The position numbers and the translations under genes are program-made. Positions 9,453 through 19,330 of a DNA stretch of 64,000 nucleotides are shown here, piece by piece. Below the pieces are notes generated by a model. It ran no database searches. It had not been told where the DNA came from and saw only the letters and a list, made by a program, of their open reading frames with translations. How positions within the stretch are numbered: the first letter of the stretch is position 1; every line of letters starts with the position of its first letter. The stretch is from the sequence record PP438435.1. One strand, given 5' to 3'.

Positions 9453-10790
9453 CTACCCCAGCGCTGGAGCGCCCGCGCTTGGTACTGCGGCATCCTCGGC
9501 GTCCACGCCATACGACCAGATAGCGCGCTCCAAGCCGGTGACCCAAGGCCGCTCGGTGCGCACGTAGCCGAGCACGGCATCGAACCGACAGAAGCCCGCA
9601 CGCAGCGTCAACGACTCGTCCGCCTCTTCGATCACGGCCCAGACCGTACAAGCCGGCGCATCCTCGACGTCTTCGCTCTCGAAGTAACCGCCGTCGTCTG
9701 GCGCGATCAGGCCCCATGCCTCGACATCCGACTCCGACATCCAGGGCGCGGACTCTTGATCGAGTGCTTGCGAGGCCATGAACCCTGCCTCATGGGTCTC
9801 GCAGGTAAAGCCTTCGCGCTGCACAGCCACAGCGATCGCCTCGCGCACGTCCGCCGGCGCGTCGTCGCACTCAATGCGCACGCGCAACACCGCCTCCTCT
9901 CCGTCCACGGGCGCGTCTGCGCACGTGACCCGCACGGGATACGCAATCCGATGACGCGCGATGCTTGCCTCCACCGCTTGGCGCGCGTGAGCGAACGGTG
10001 TGGCGTGGACGTGGCAACGCGGCACCTCCTGCACCTCTCCACCGATCCTGAGGCAAGCAATCTCCGTGTCGGCCTCGGCACCGCCCTCAGGCGCGAGCCA
10101 GACAGCGATTGCGCTGCAGGCGCCGGCATCGGGATCGCGATACGCAACGACGTCACCGGGTACGAAGCGCACCGGCCAGTCGACCCACAGTGCCGAAGTC
10201 GCGCAGAGCGTCATGCCGGCGCTGTCGTCGAACCTCCACCCTGTCGGTGGCCTGCCGGCCGCTGGCCAGCCCCCGGGAAGCTGCACCCGCAACCATTCCT
10301 CGCCCCCGTCACACATCACGGCGGCAAACACCTTCGCGGACGCGTCGAGCACAGTACGCAGGGCGTCCACAGGCGCATTCACTGGAGACGGGAGCACCAG
10401 CGACTCCGGCAGTGTGAAGCGGCTTCCATTCTGATAGGCCAGAACAACCAGCCCGTCGTCGGCGCCGCCCAGCCACGTGTAGTGGCCATCGAGCAACGCA
10501 TCGGTGGGCTGCCCCACCTGCAGCGCTGCAGACTCCGGGTCGTGAACCCACACAATGTCGCCCACCTGGAGGCGGGCGATCGCTGACGCGGCCGCATCAG
10601 CACCAAGCCGCAGTGGCGGTGCGGGCACGCGCACAGCACCCAGCCCGCGCACGCTCGCGTCGCTCAGCTCGTGTTCGGCGAAGACCGTCGCGCCCTCGAG
10701 TGTCGTCCAGCCGTGCTGGTCGTTCCAGTAGCCCGCGCCATCGCTGGATTCGCGGTACTCGCGACGGTTGAAGAGCACGAAGCGCTTCAT
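9453..10790 (-). CDS. Multidomain hypothetical protein (tail ...GAPALG)
   Basis: ATGA coupling at 10787-10790 (MKRFVLF). Confidence 0.7.
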   Translation of the reverse strand: MKRFVLFNRREYRESSDGAGYWNDQHGWTTLEGATVFAEHELSDASVRGLGAVRVPAPPLRLGADAAASAIARLQVGDIVWVHDPESAALQVGQPTDALLDGHYTWLGGADDGLVVLAYQNGSRFTLPESLVLPSPVNAPVDALRTVLDASAKVFAAVMCDGGEEWLRVQLPGGWPAAGRPPTGWRFDDSAGMTLCATSALWVDWPVRFVPGDVVAYRDPDAGACSAIAVWLAPEGGAEADTEIACLRIGGEVQEVPRCHVHATPFAHARQAVEASIARHRIAYPVRVTCADAPVDGEEAVLRVRIECDDAPADVREAIAVAVQREGFTCETHEAGFMASQALDQESAPWMSESDVEAWGLIAPDDGGYFESEDVEDAPACTVWAVIEEADESLTLRAGFCRFDAVLGYVRTERPWVTGLERAIWSYGVDAEDAAVPSAGAPALG

Positions 10791-11788
10791 GGCGCAGGCC
10801 CTGCCCCGCCGCCTGCACTGGGCGCCAGCCCGGCCAATGCCTGCAGGCGCTCGATGTCGCCGTGCGCCACGATCTCGCACACCTGCGCTGCCACACCTTC
10901 GTTGTTGATCGCGGACGCCTCAGCCTCGGCCGCGGAGAGCGCATCGTCATCGAGACTCCCATGATCGGCCACGAAGCGCCCCATCACGGTGTCGCTCACC
11001 AGCTCATCAAGTGCCTGCTGCAGGTCGTCGCTGATGTCGTCCCCCAGCGCTGCCTTGACTTCCAGCGCGTGCTCGATCTGGCGAGCGCAAGCGTCCACTG
11101 CGCGAGGGCTGACGTCGACGTCGATCGCGCTCACCTGGTACGCATCGCCTTGCACGAGTGCAGTGGGTGCGGACCAGTCACGCGGCACATCCGCATCCAG
11201 CACGGTCAGGCGAATCGGCTGCGTGCTGGATGCGGTAACGCCCGCGTCCGCGATCGTCACGATCACCTGCGGAGTCGTGTCCGTCACACCTGCCTGGCTT
11301 CGCGCGAAGCGCCCGCGGAGGCGTCCCAGAATCTCGGACGCGTCCTCCGCATCCTGCAGCGCGCCGGCAATCGTCCGATCCTCATCCTTGAACATTCCGC
11401 GCATCTGCTCGATCTGCAGGCAGAGATTCTCAATGGTCGCCTGCACGGCGCCCAAAGCCTGGTCGTCCGGATGGCGCGTGCCGCGCGCTCCCTCACGCGC
11501 TTGCGGTTCGCTATCCGCACGCCCGAGCACGGCGTCTGCGAGCAGCGCACGTCCGCTCGCCGTGGCCATGCCCGGCCCGATGCGCACATTAACGCTCCAG
11601 CTTTCGATCTCTGCGTCCGTTTCGCCCGTGAACATGCCGTCCTTGAACGGATACTCAGCGGCGAACCGCATGCGCTCACGCAGCGCCGCATCATCGAGGG
11701 AACCAGGGTCGATCTCCAGCCGCGTGATCAGGGTGATGCTTTTCGTGTCCATGTTGCCTTCCTTGGTTGTCTTCGCTCTTCCACTCAT
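10787..11788 (-). CDS. Hypothetical protein (tail ...GAGPAP)
   Basis: ATGA coupling at both ends. Confidence 0.7.
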   Translation of the reverse strand: MSGRAKTTKEGNMDTKSITLITRLEIDPGSLDDAALRERMRFAAEYPFKDGMFTGETDAEIESWSVNVRIGPGMATASGRALLADAVLGRADSEPQAREGARGTRHPDDQALGAVQATIENLCLQIEQMRGMFKDEDRTIAGALQDAEDASEILGRLRGRFARSQAGVTDTTPQVIVTIADAGVTASSTQPIRLTVLDADVPRDWSAPTALVQGDAYQVSAIDVDVSPRAVDACARQIEHALEVKAALGDDISDDLQQALDELVSDTVMGRFVADHGSLDDDALSAAEAEASAINNEGVAAQVCEIVAHGDIERLQALAGLAPSAGGGAGPAP

Positions 11789-12618
11789 CCCGCCCACGGC
11801 TTGAAGGGTGCGGGGACCTCTCCCTCATGCTCCATGCGCCAGCGCTCCATGTTGGCCAGCCGCAGCGCATCCCCCACCGGATGCTCCATCGCTGCCGCAG
11901 CCGCCGCATCCGATCCGTGCAAGGGGGACGGCCCGGTCACCGACTGCACGAGGACGCGGTCAGCGTCGTCGCGGAACTCCGCGACCGCGAGCTCCGAAGG
12001 CACATCCCTGAGGGAAATGCCGACCTCCCCGCGCGCGACCTGCTGCACCGGGGTCATCAAGGTCGTCTCAACCGGCCGATCGCAGCCCTCGACCACGAGG
12101 TGGCCGCCAGGGCATGCCGTGATCACCAGGCGTGGGACGACGTACCGCGCTTTCGCGTGCTCGGAGAGTAGGCGGCAGAATGGCCGTCGCGCCGCGCCCC
12201 TGGGGAACTGCCTCAGGAGCTGGACGTCATCTTTCACGTTCTCCGGCGACATCCGCCACTCGTTCGTATAGGGGAGCCCCATGATCACTCGGGCGGCGTA
12301 TTCCGCCACAAGATCGGCCACGTCAACGAATGCGCGTTGCGCGCTCCATTCGGCCACATCCGCCTCGGTCTTCAGGCCCCATGCGTGCAGGAACAGCGCA
12401 GCCGCCACATTGACGTGCTCTCCCGGCAGCATCCAGCGCATGCCCGGGCGCTCCAACGCACCACAGGCGCGCAGCGCGCCGGCGTCGACGATGTCTGCGA
12501 GCCGCTGCCGGCCGCTCTCAGCGGTTTCGACCTCGACATCCAAATCGCATCGCAGGCCGCGGTCGGCAAGGATGCGAACGCCGTGGTAGGTGACGTCCTC
12601 GCCCTTTGATGCACTCAT
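11785..12618 (-). CDS. Hypothetical protein
   Basis: ATGA coupling at both ends; 277 aa. Confidence 0.7.
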   Translation of the reverse strand: MSASKGEDVTYHGVRILADRGLRCDLDVEVETAESGRQRLADIVDAGALRACGALERPGMRWMLPGEHVNVAAALFLHAWGLKTEADVAEWSAQRAFVDVADLVAEYAARVIMGLPYTNEWRMSPENVKDDVQLLRQFPRGAARRPFCRLLSEHAKARYVVPRLVITACPGGHLVVEGCDRPVETTLMTPVQQVARGEVGISLRDVPSELAVAEFRDDADRVLVQSVTGPSPLHGSDAAAAAAMEHPVGDALRLANMERWRMEHEGEVPAPFKPWAG

Positions 12619-13301
12619 GGCGTCGGTCCTGCGGCCGTATGCACCTTGGCCTCTGGCTCAGCCATAGCCTCCACATGCGTACCAACCACCGTCTCCAGGA
12701 AGACCAGCAGCTCCTTTCGGTCATGCCGAAACGTCGGTGGCACTTCGATGGCCGGGGTCGTCGGGGCGCGCTCTGTGTCCCAGCAGTCCTGCCGGTACTC
12801 GTCGACGTGCTCGCGCGACTCGAATGTCGCGACCTTGAGCGGACCGTCCCCGAAGTCCGCGAGCACGACGAATGCGGCCGGACCCAGATACTGCGGCGCG
12901 AGCTGCACAGCGTCGCGAGCAAGCACGCTCACGCCGCCCGGTCGCTCGGCCAAGATGCGATGGACATCGGCCTCAGTGCCACCACGCTCCCGCAGCCATC
13001 GCGCCAGCGGGTAGCGCGCTTCGCTCTGAGCGAGCGGTTTCACCGTGCTGATCTCGATCAGCAGCGACGCGCTACCGGGTACGGCGAACAGCCGGAGCTC
13101 TTCCGGCGGACTCATGGGCGCGAGGATGTCCGCCTTCGCCAAGGCATCGCCTGCGGCGTTCCATCGAAACCCGCCGTTGGTCTTGATCTGCAGCCACACC
13201 TCGAGGTTCCGCTGCGCCTCGAAGAACGCGTCGTTATTTCCACCGCGCTCCTCGAAATGCCTGCCCATCGGAATCGCCACCATGTACTGTTTCATCGTCA
13301 T
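12615..13301 (-). CDS. Hypothetical protein; C-terminal domain paralogous to 17043-17534 (tail ...AAGPTP)
   Basis: Coupled stop; motif F-x-S-x-E-x-x-x-x-Y-R-x-x-C...T-x-x-I-E-V-P. Confidence 0.7.
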   Translation of the reverse strand: MTMKQYMVAIPMGRHFEERGGNNDAFFEAQRNLEVWLQIKTNGGFRWNAAGDALAKADILAPMSPPEELRLFAVPGSASLLIEISTVKPLAQSEARYPLARWLRERGGTEADVHRILAERPGGVSVLARDAVQLAPQYLGPAAFVVLADFGDGPLKVATFESREHVDEYRQDCWDTERAPTTPAIEVPPTFRHDRKELLVFLETVVGTHVEAMAEPEAKVHTAAGPTP

Positions 13302-13337
13302 GGAATTGCTGCTCCTGATTCGTACCTGTGTCCGCTC

Positions 13338-13976
13338 TTAGACGACGCGGTTATGTGCGTTTGACGCGGAGGACGTGCTCCGTGCCAAGCTCTCGAGCTC
13401 GCAGTGCGCGAGCCCCCATGCGCTACACGCGTCCCGCCACTGCGCGCGATCCTTTTCCCCGACCTCGTCAAAGCTCAGGTCCGCCGGTGCAACACCGCTG
13501 CGTCCCCAGCCCTCCGTGGCCAGCAAGTCCGCCAACGCCCAGGCGGGCGGCAGCGTGGGCGCCACGGATTCGGACTCGGGAAGCGCGTGGAAAACGGTGC
13601 CAAACCACGCCTCCGGTCGTACGAGGACATCGAAACGATCGACACCCCGCAAGAGCGCGGCCTGTACGGCAGGCACGGCCACCTCAGGACGCTGCGGAAT
13701 CTGAGTGATCCACCCCGCGCGTCGCAGCGCCTCGGTGCCGGCGATCACAGCGGACGGCGCCGCCAGGCGCACGGCGCTGTCCCAGTCCGCGTGCGCTGCC
13801 ATATGCCGATTCGCGAAAACGTCCGAGCGGCCCCCGAGTGCTTCCACATGTGCTGAATCCAGCCAGCGCGCAAGTAGCTCGGCGGCTTGATCTGCCGGCA
13901 AGCGTTGCTCAAGGAACGAGCGCGAGAAGACAGCGGGCAACGCCTCCAGGACGCGCAGACCAGGAAGCGGATTCAT
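13338..13976 (-). CDS. AbiEi-like type IV antitoxin / transcriptional regulator
   Basis: N-terminal wHTH-like region, then APSAVIAGTEALRRAGWITQIP, resembling the AbiEi PSY-S-ESAL-G-I-Q segment. ATGA-coupled to the AbiEii gene. Confidence 0.65.
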   Translation of the reverse strand: MNPLPGLRVLEALPAVFSRSFLEQRLPADQAAELLARWLDSAHVEALGGRSDVFANRHMAAHADWDSAVRLAAPSAVIAGTEALRRAGWITQIPQRPEVAVPAVQAALLRGVDRFDVLVRPEAWFGTVFHALPESESVAPTLPPAWALADLLATEGWGRSGVAPADLSFDEVGEKDRAQWRDACSAWGLAHCELESLARSTSSASNAHNRVV

Positions 13977-14842
13977 GCGCCCATACCCGGTGTCGGCCGG
14001 TTGGCGCTCCGCAGCTGCTGCAGTGCTTGCAAGCCTTCAACCAGTGCGCCAGTCGCTGTGGCCACCATCGAAATGACGTCCCGCAACCCCAGTGGAACCG
14101 ACTTCGGCACCCATCGAACGAGGTCGGCGTGGATGTCGGCCACAGCGCCTTCCAACTCTGCTCGCCGCGCATGGGCCGCGGCCTCCCAGGCATCGTGGCT
14201 CATGTTCGGGTAGGTCTCGAAGCGCACGGCCATGGCCTCGGCGGTCATCGCCGGCAGCTCAGGAGCCGCCATCGCAATGAAGTGCAGGTCGAAGACGTCG
14301 CGTGGCTTCATGCGATCGCGCGCTGCGAGCGCGAAGACCTTGTCGGCGAAGATCTCGCCGATCTCCGCCGTCGGCACCTCGGCGTAGGCGCCGGCTGCCG
14401 GCCCCTCGGGCAGACGCAGCGGTGCTACGAACGACCGCATTCCGGCCAGGGCCGCCGGCGGCGTTTTCCACAGCTCCAGCTTGACTCGGACGGATCCCAC
14501 GACGTTGTCTCCACTGAGCACCGGCGTCAGCGTCGCCGGATTGTGTTCAGGATTGCCTGTCTTGACGGTGACCTTCATGTCAGACGGCAGCCACGACTGC
14601 TGTTCCAGCACCGCCTGCAGATGCTGCTGCATCTGGAGCGGGTCGATGTCGCGGCGGCACAGGAAGTCGAGGTCTTCCGAGAAGCGTGGACTGCCGTGCG
14701 CCAGGTGCAGGCTGGTCCCGCCCTGGAACACCAGGTCGTTGAGACCCCAGCGGCGTGCACTCATCAATGCGTCCAGGGTGCAGACCTGTAGCGCCTGGCG
14801 CAGGCTGTAGGCTTCGCTGGCGGTCAGGGTGCGCTTGGCCAT
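13973..14842 (-). CDS. abiEii: AbiEii/AbiGii-family nucleotidyltransferase toxin (tail ...RPTPGMGA)
   Basis: LVFQGGTSLHLAHGSPRFSEDLDF, EIFADK and RDVFDL signatures. Confidence 0.9.
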   Translation of the reverse strand: MAKRTLTASEAYSLRQALQVCTLDALMSARRWGLNDLVFQGGTSLHLAHGSPRFSEDLDFLCRRDIDPLQMQQHLQAVLEQQSWLPSDMKVTVKTGNPEHNPATLTPVLSGDNVVGSVRVKLELWKTPPAALAGMRSFVAPLRLPEGPAAGAYAEVPTAEIGEIFADKVFALAARDRMKPRDVFDLHFIAMAAPELPAMTAEAMAVRFETYPNMSHDAWEAAAHARRAELEGAVADIHADLVRWVPKSVPLGLRDVISMVATATGALVEGLQALQQLRSANRPTPGMGA

Positions 14843-14855
14843 AGCTGAGGGTGCC

Positions 14856-15740
14856 TCAGAGCCCGGGGGCGCTTGCGCGAGCGTTTGAGGCCGCGGCACT
14901 GCGCTCTTCGGCTGCCAGCATTGCATTCAGCCCCGCTGCCACCATGCCGAAGATCTTCTCGACCGCCTCGGCATTCGGCACAAACGACGTGCGCCATCGA
15001 AGCCTGAACACCTGGGCGTCGCCCTGGTCCTCAATCCATTCGACGCAGCCTTTCGCTGCGGTATTGGTTCGTTCGATCACGCGCTCCACCTCGGAGCGCA
15101 ACGCCGTCTGGAAAGCAAGACTCGCCATCTTGCCGTGCTCGCCGACGTCCATGGCCATGTCTACATACTGCCTGTCGTCGAAGACACCGCCGCCGATGCT
15201 GACACCCGGAACAACGGGCATCCGCCCGTAGATCGCGATCAGCTCCTGCTCGCTGAAACGGCTGTCGAAATCCGACGGCGATACGATCTCGAGCCGCCCG
15301 CGATTGCTCATCACGACCGCGTAGGGATCGTCGACGTGCTCTGCTTCCATGAAGCCAACCGCCTCGCCGACGCCCTCGCAAAACGCCGCTGCCTCTGCCT
15401 GCGATGCGAAGCTCGTGGTGGTGGGCCGTCCTCCCGCTTCGGGCACTTCGCCATAGACCGTGAAAACGTCGAAAACCGGCGCCGGGATCTGCCGTGCGAG
15501 CACATCCCACACGTTCGCGAGCTCGGCGTTTGCAGTGCGCTCGGCGTGCTCGCGCTGGGCATCGGTCACCTGCGCGCTTGAGACGTCACCAGCAGCCTCC
15601 GCCATGCGATCGAACAGCGCGTTGAACGCATCCGCGCCGAGATCGCGCGAGTCTTCGGGATCTCCGCAGACAGCAAGGATCGTAGTGCCTGCGCGAAGCG
15701 CGGCTTCGTGCTCGTTCAGTACCAGTCGCTGAATGTGCAT
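14856..15740 (-). CDS. Hypothetical protein (tail ...ASAPGL)
   Basis: AAGG RBS; contains F-x-S-x-A-E-A-x-A-F-x-x-G module shared with the upstream gene. Confidence 0.7.
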   Translation of the reverse strand: MHIQRLVLNEHEAALRAGTTILAVCGDPEDSRDLGADAFNALFDRMAEAAGDVSSAQVTDAQREHAERTANAELANVWDVLARQIPAPVFDVFTVYGEVPEAGGRPTTTSFASQAEAAAFCEGVGEAVGFMEAEHVDDPYAVVMSNRGRLEIVSPSDFDSRFSEQELIAIYGRMPVVPGVSIGGGVFDDRQYVDMAMDVGEHGKMASLAFQTALRSEVERVIERTNTAAKGCVEWIEDQGDAQVFRLRWRTSFVPNAEAVEKIFGMVAAGLNAMLAAEERSAAASNARASAPGL

Positions 15741-15781
15741 GGGGACCTTCCTTGGTGAGAAACGCGGCGGGTGCGAACCCG

Positions 15782-16348
15782 CTATCCGATGTTGGGAGCG
15801 CTTGTGGCCGACGGCGGAGAGTCTTCCACTGGCGCGGAGCGCGCATAGACTTCTCCGAACTCTGGATTGCCGAAAGCCTCAACCAGGTCGAAAGGCGCGA
15901 GGCTCGCGCAAGGGTTGACGCCGCACGCATCAATGCCTGTCCACAGGACATACGCGCGACCTTCCACCTCGACGCCGGCCAGGGCGTGCCAGAACCCGCC
16001 TCCTGAGTGCCAGTCGAAAGCATCTGCATAACCCAACGCGCGCAGAAAGAGGACGCACATGGCAGCGCGATCTTCCTGCGGGTGCTCAGGCAGACGGTCC
16101 CAGAACGCGTGCAACTGATCGACGCGCTCGCGAAGGACGTGAGGCGGCTCCATCCGCGTCAGATCTCGCACCTCGAATGACCGATCGCCCAGCGCCTCCT
16201 CCGCGCCGCGAACGAAGGCGTCGGCTGCGTCTTTGCTCGGAAACGCGTACGCCACCGCGGACGCGTCTGCTGATCCGGCATTCCACGTGACTTCGATGAC
16301 GTGCTCGCCTCCCGGCGTCGCAGCAAGTGCAGAGGGCTCGGTACTCAT
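15782..16348 (-). CDS. Two-domain hypothetical protein (tail ...SAPNIG)
   Basis: ATGA coupled; domains are shared with both neighbours. Confidence 0.75.
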   Translation of the reverse strand: MSTEPSALAATPGGEHVIEVTWNAGSADASAVAYAFPSKDAADAFVRGAEEALGDRSFEVRDLTRMEPPHVLRERVDQLHAFWDRLPEHPQEDRAAMCVLFLRALGYADAFDWHSGGGFWHALAGVEVEGRAYVLWTGIDACGVNPCASLAPFDLVEAFGNPEFGEVYARSAPVEDSPPSATSAPNIG

Positions 16349-17046
16349 GGGGAAGGAGCCTTGCGGGTACTCGAGCCTTCTTCATCTCCGCTTTCAAAAC
16401 GCATATAGCCGAGATCATGACGTCCGCGGGCGTCTGCGAGATCAGCAGGCGCGAGACCAAAGCTCGCATTGACACCACAGGCGTTGCTGTCTGCCCAAAC
16501 CACGTACGTACGCCCCTCCGCACCCGCGCCCGCCAGTGCGTGATGCGTCATGCGGCTCCCGCGGACATACGGAGGCAGAAACGCATCAGGCTCTGCATGC
16601 ACAAACGCCTGTGTGAGCCCCACGGCCTTCATGAAATTGACGCAGCTCGTGGCGCGACGTTCTTCATGCGCGTCCGGAAGTCCATTGAGGAACACCCAAA
16701 GCTGATCGACGATTCGGCGAAGCTCCTGCGGAGGTTCACCCGGGGTCTGAGGGCGCTCCGGCGGGGCGGACGTTTGTTCGCCTGGAACCTCATCGCGCAC
16801 AACCCTGGCGAACTCATTGAGCCACTTGCGCCCGAGCGTCGGCTCGAAGCGCTCAAGCCGTTGCAATGCTTCAGAGACGTCGAAAGGGTTTGCTTCTAGA
16901 GCGTCCAACGCATAATTGTGCAGCGAGTACGCCAATCTTGCGGCATCCCCAACGGGCCCAATGTCATCGATCTGGCCGCCAAGCAGAACCCGGAGTTGGT
17001 AGACCGTTGTGGCCAGCAGTCGCTTTTCGAGGTCTTGCGTATTCAT
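16345..17046 (-). CDS. Two-domain hypothetical protein (tail ...RKAPSP)
   Basis: ATGA coupled; C-terminal domain is paralogous to that of 15782-16348. Confidence 0.75.
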   Translation of the reverse strand: MNTQDLEKRLLATTVYQLRVLLGGQIDDIGPVGDAARLAYSLHNYALDALEANPFDVSEALQRLERFEPTLGRKWLNEFARVVRDEVPGEQTSAPPERPQTPGEPPQELRRIVDQLWVFLNGLPDAHEERRATSCVNFMKAVGLTQAFVHAEPDAFLPPYVRGSRMTHHALAGAGAEGRTYVVWADSNACGVNASFGLAPADLADARGRHDLGYMRFESGDEEGSSTRKAPSP

Positions 17047-17062
17047 GGGGAAGGAGCCTTGC
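16345..17062. repeat. Identical 20 bp direct repeat at two successive gene junctions
   Basis: TCATGGGGAAGGAGCCTTGC at 16345-16364 and 17043-17062; each encodes KAPSP-stop plus the next ATG. Confidence 0.9.
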
Positions 17063-17534
17063 CCACGCTCGGGCCCTCTTCGTCCTCTTCGCCGACATCG
17101 GGACACTCAAGACCACTGACGACAGCCTTGGCCACGCTTTCGATGAACTCATACGCCTCTTCGCCGACAGCGGCCACGGCCGCTGGCACCTCCAACACGG
17201 AGGACGTCCGATAGGCACCCTCGCCGCACTCGATACGGTGCGCTTCGGCGTCTTCAGCGGAGGTGGAGACGTGGATGTAGATCTCCTCCGACGTTCCGCC
17301 TTCCTGGATGACGAGGTAAGCCGAGGGGGCGTCCGGGGCGTTGTTCGCATGGGCATCCAGCACGGTTGTGAGCAGCTCCTCGCGCAGTTCAGCAGGGGCG
17401 CCAACAGACTCGAGATGCAGCATCACGGACTCGATGCAGTCCCGGAAGCCGGCGTCGTAGCTGTGTTCGCGAACAGCCGGGAACGCCCGGGTGATTTCTT
17501 CGACGCAGGCAAGGCTCTTCGTTTCGACGTTCAT
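17043..17534 (-). CDS. Hypothetical protein (tail ...GKAPSP)
   Basis: GGGAG RBS before ATG 17534. Confidence 0.7.
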   Translation of the reverse strand: MNVETKSLACVEEITRAFPAVREHSYDAGFRDCIESVMLHLESVGAPAELREELLTTVLDAHANNAPDAPSAYLVIQEGGTSEEIYIHVSTSAEDAEAHRIECGEGAYRTSSVLEVPAAVAAVGEEAYEFIESVAKAVVSGLECPDVGEEDEEGPSVGKAPSP

Positions 17535-17561
17535 CTTTGCCACTCCCGGTAGCACTTCCGT

Positions 17562-19301
17562 TCACATGCCCGGCGCACTGCGTGCCGCCTTGGTCGTCTC
17601 TGCATCAGCCGCCTCAGCCGGCTGGCCGCCTCGCTCCACACCCACGCTGCGCTTCAGGTGCGCACCGATGTGCGCGGCCAGCGCCTGAGCGTGCGGAAAC
17701 AAGATCGACTGCCCCAGGATCTCGTGCGCGAGGACCTGCGAGAGATCACGCACAAGCTCTTCGGGGATGCCCTTGACGCGAGCATGCTCGGTCGGGGTCA
17801 GGATTCGCTGCAGTCCGTCCTCGCGCACTAGGAAGGGCTCCGTCGAACGCTGCTTGGCGTAGCCGCGGCCGATCGTGCCGACCTTCTCGGAGTCGGGTGT
17901 CACCAGCTGGCGGGCAAAGCCCTTGCCGCCGGCGGCATCGCGCTCGGCTTTCGCGTCGAGGTACTCGTACGCTTTCCACGCCGGTGCGTCTTGCGGCAGC
18001 GCCTCCAGCACCTCGCCGAGGCGTTGGTGCTGTCGTGGCCGCGGCGGCAGCGCTTCAAGATTGAAGCCTTCGGCGAAGCCACGCGAAATCGCGACGAGCC
18101 AATGCCGGCTACGGTGCTCCAGGGTGCCCGCCTGCTGGCCATCCAGCACGGTTTCCGCGATGGCGTAGGCCTGTTCCTGCAGGTAGGCGCGGATCAGCGC
18201 GTAGGTCGCGCTGGTGGCCGCCTGAGCGACGTTCTCCATCACGACGACGCTGGGCTGCGAGGCTTCGATCAGCTTCAGGGCGCCGTACACCGCCAGCGCA
18301 TCCGTCGGATGCTGCTCGGCATGCTCGATCTTGCGCTTGGCTTTGCCCGCGACGGAATGCCCCGTGCACGGCAACGAGACCTGCATGACATCCACCGGAG
18401 TGACGAAGGCGGCTTCGAGCTCTTCCAGCGACGCCTCGAACAGGCGGGTGTTGGCCAACGCCGGATTGTTGTCGGCTGCAGCCTGCAGGTAGCGCACCTC
18501 GCGGTCGACCACCCACTCCACGCTGCTCTCGATCGCCACTTCGGCGAAGCCCTGCTTCAGAGCCAGAGCCGACACGCCGCCGCCCGCGCAGAGTACCGCC
18601 TCGGTGATCCGACCAGCCTCGACGTTGGCACGAGTGCGCGCTTCGCGCTCAGCAACAGCGTGATCGACGGGATGCAGGTCGAACTCGATGCGACCTTCGT
18701 AGATCGCGGCACGCACGCGCCCGGCAGGGCCCAGAACGCGCTCAATGCTCGCATCGCAGACGTCGATGATGGGAGTGCGCGCGCCGGCCTTGGTCGTGCG
18801 ACTGGAGACCTGGCGGTCACCTTCAGCGGAAGCCGTGAGGATGATGCGGCGGCTGTGCAGGTCGAGCGTCAGCGCGAAGCGATCCCCCGGCTTGAACCCG
18901 GCGGCTTCGAGGCGCATGCCTTCGAGCCAGAGACGCTTACGGCCGCGGTTCTCGCCGACCTTGGTGTAGCTGACCTGCTTGGCGCGCGTCGCAGCGGCCG
19001 GCGCCGGCGATTCAGGTAACGCGGCCTGGGCATGCACATCGAAGAGCGCGTCGATCGGCATCTCGATGGCCTTGGCCAAGGGGAAGCGGCTACGCGCCTC
19101 CAGCCAAAAGCTCTGCGGAACCTGCGCGCCCGGGCGGCGCCACGCATCGGAATCGATCGGCTCAAAGCCGAGAGCAGCCAGGTCGGCTGCATGGTGCTCG
19201 ATCGCGCCTCGCACCAGGAGGTGCGGCTCTGCCTCGGCGACGCCGTGGCCCTTACCGATCGTCAGCGACAGTCCGTGCCGCCGCAAATCCATCCATCGCA
19301 T
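17562..19301 (-). CDS. Orphan C5-cytosine DNA methyltransferase with an N-terminal extension including an AbrB/SymE-like domain (tail ...RSAPGM)
   Basis: Motif I VLCAGGG, catalytic motif IV LPCTGHS, motif VI MENV, motif VIII HRSRH, motif IX RILTPTEHARVKGIP, motif X LGQSI. Confidence 0.9.
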   Translation of the reverse strand: MRWMDLRRHGLSLTIGKGHGVAEAEPHLLVRGAIEHHAADLAALGFEPIDSDAWRRPGAQVPQSFWLEARSRFPLAKAIEMPIDALFDVHAQAALPESPAPAAATRAKQVSYTKVGENRGRKRLWLEGMRLEAAGFKPGDRFALTLDLHSRRIILTASAEGDRQVSSRTTKAGARTPIIDVCDASIERVLGPAGRVRAAIYEGRIEFDLHPVDHAVAEREARTRANVEAGRITEAVLCAGGGVSALALKQGFAEVAIESSVEWVVDREVRYLQAAADNNPALANTRLFEASLEELEAAFVTPVDVMQVSLPCTGHSVAGKAKRKIEHAEQHPTDALAVYGALKLIEASQPSVVVMENVAQAATSATYALIRAYLQEQAYAIAETVLDGQQAGTLEHRSRHWLVAISRGFAEGFNLEALPPRPRQHQRLGEVLEALPQDAPAWKAYEYLDAKAERDAAGGKGFARQLVTPDSEKVGTIGRGYAKQRSTEPFLVREDGLQRILTPTEHARVKGIPEELVRDLSQVLAHEILGQSILFPHAQALAAHIGAHLKRSVGVERGGQPAEAADAETTKAARSAPGM

Positions 19302-19330
19302 GGGTACGCTCCCGATGACGTCCTGTCGTC

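Noticed and set aside
10787-17062. Terminal Pro alone (GPAP, GPTP, APSP) as proof of the tail signal
   Set aside because: CCA-TGA is forced by CC-ATGA overlaps, so these cases are weak evidence; the claim rests on the in-frame M/L/F-containing tails.
8498-19301. Restriction-modification system
   Set aside because: No ORF near either MTase shows PD-(D/E)xK, HNH or helicase motifs that I could recognise.
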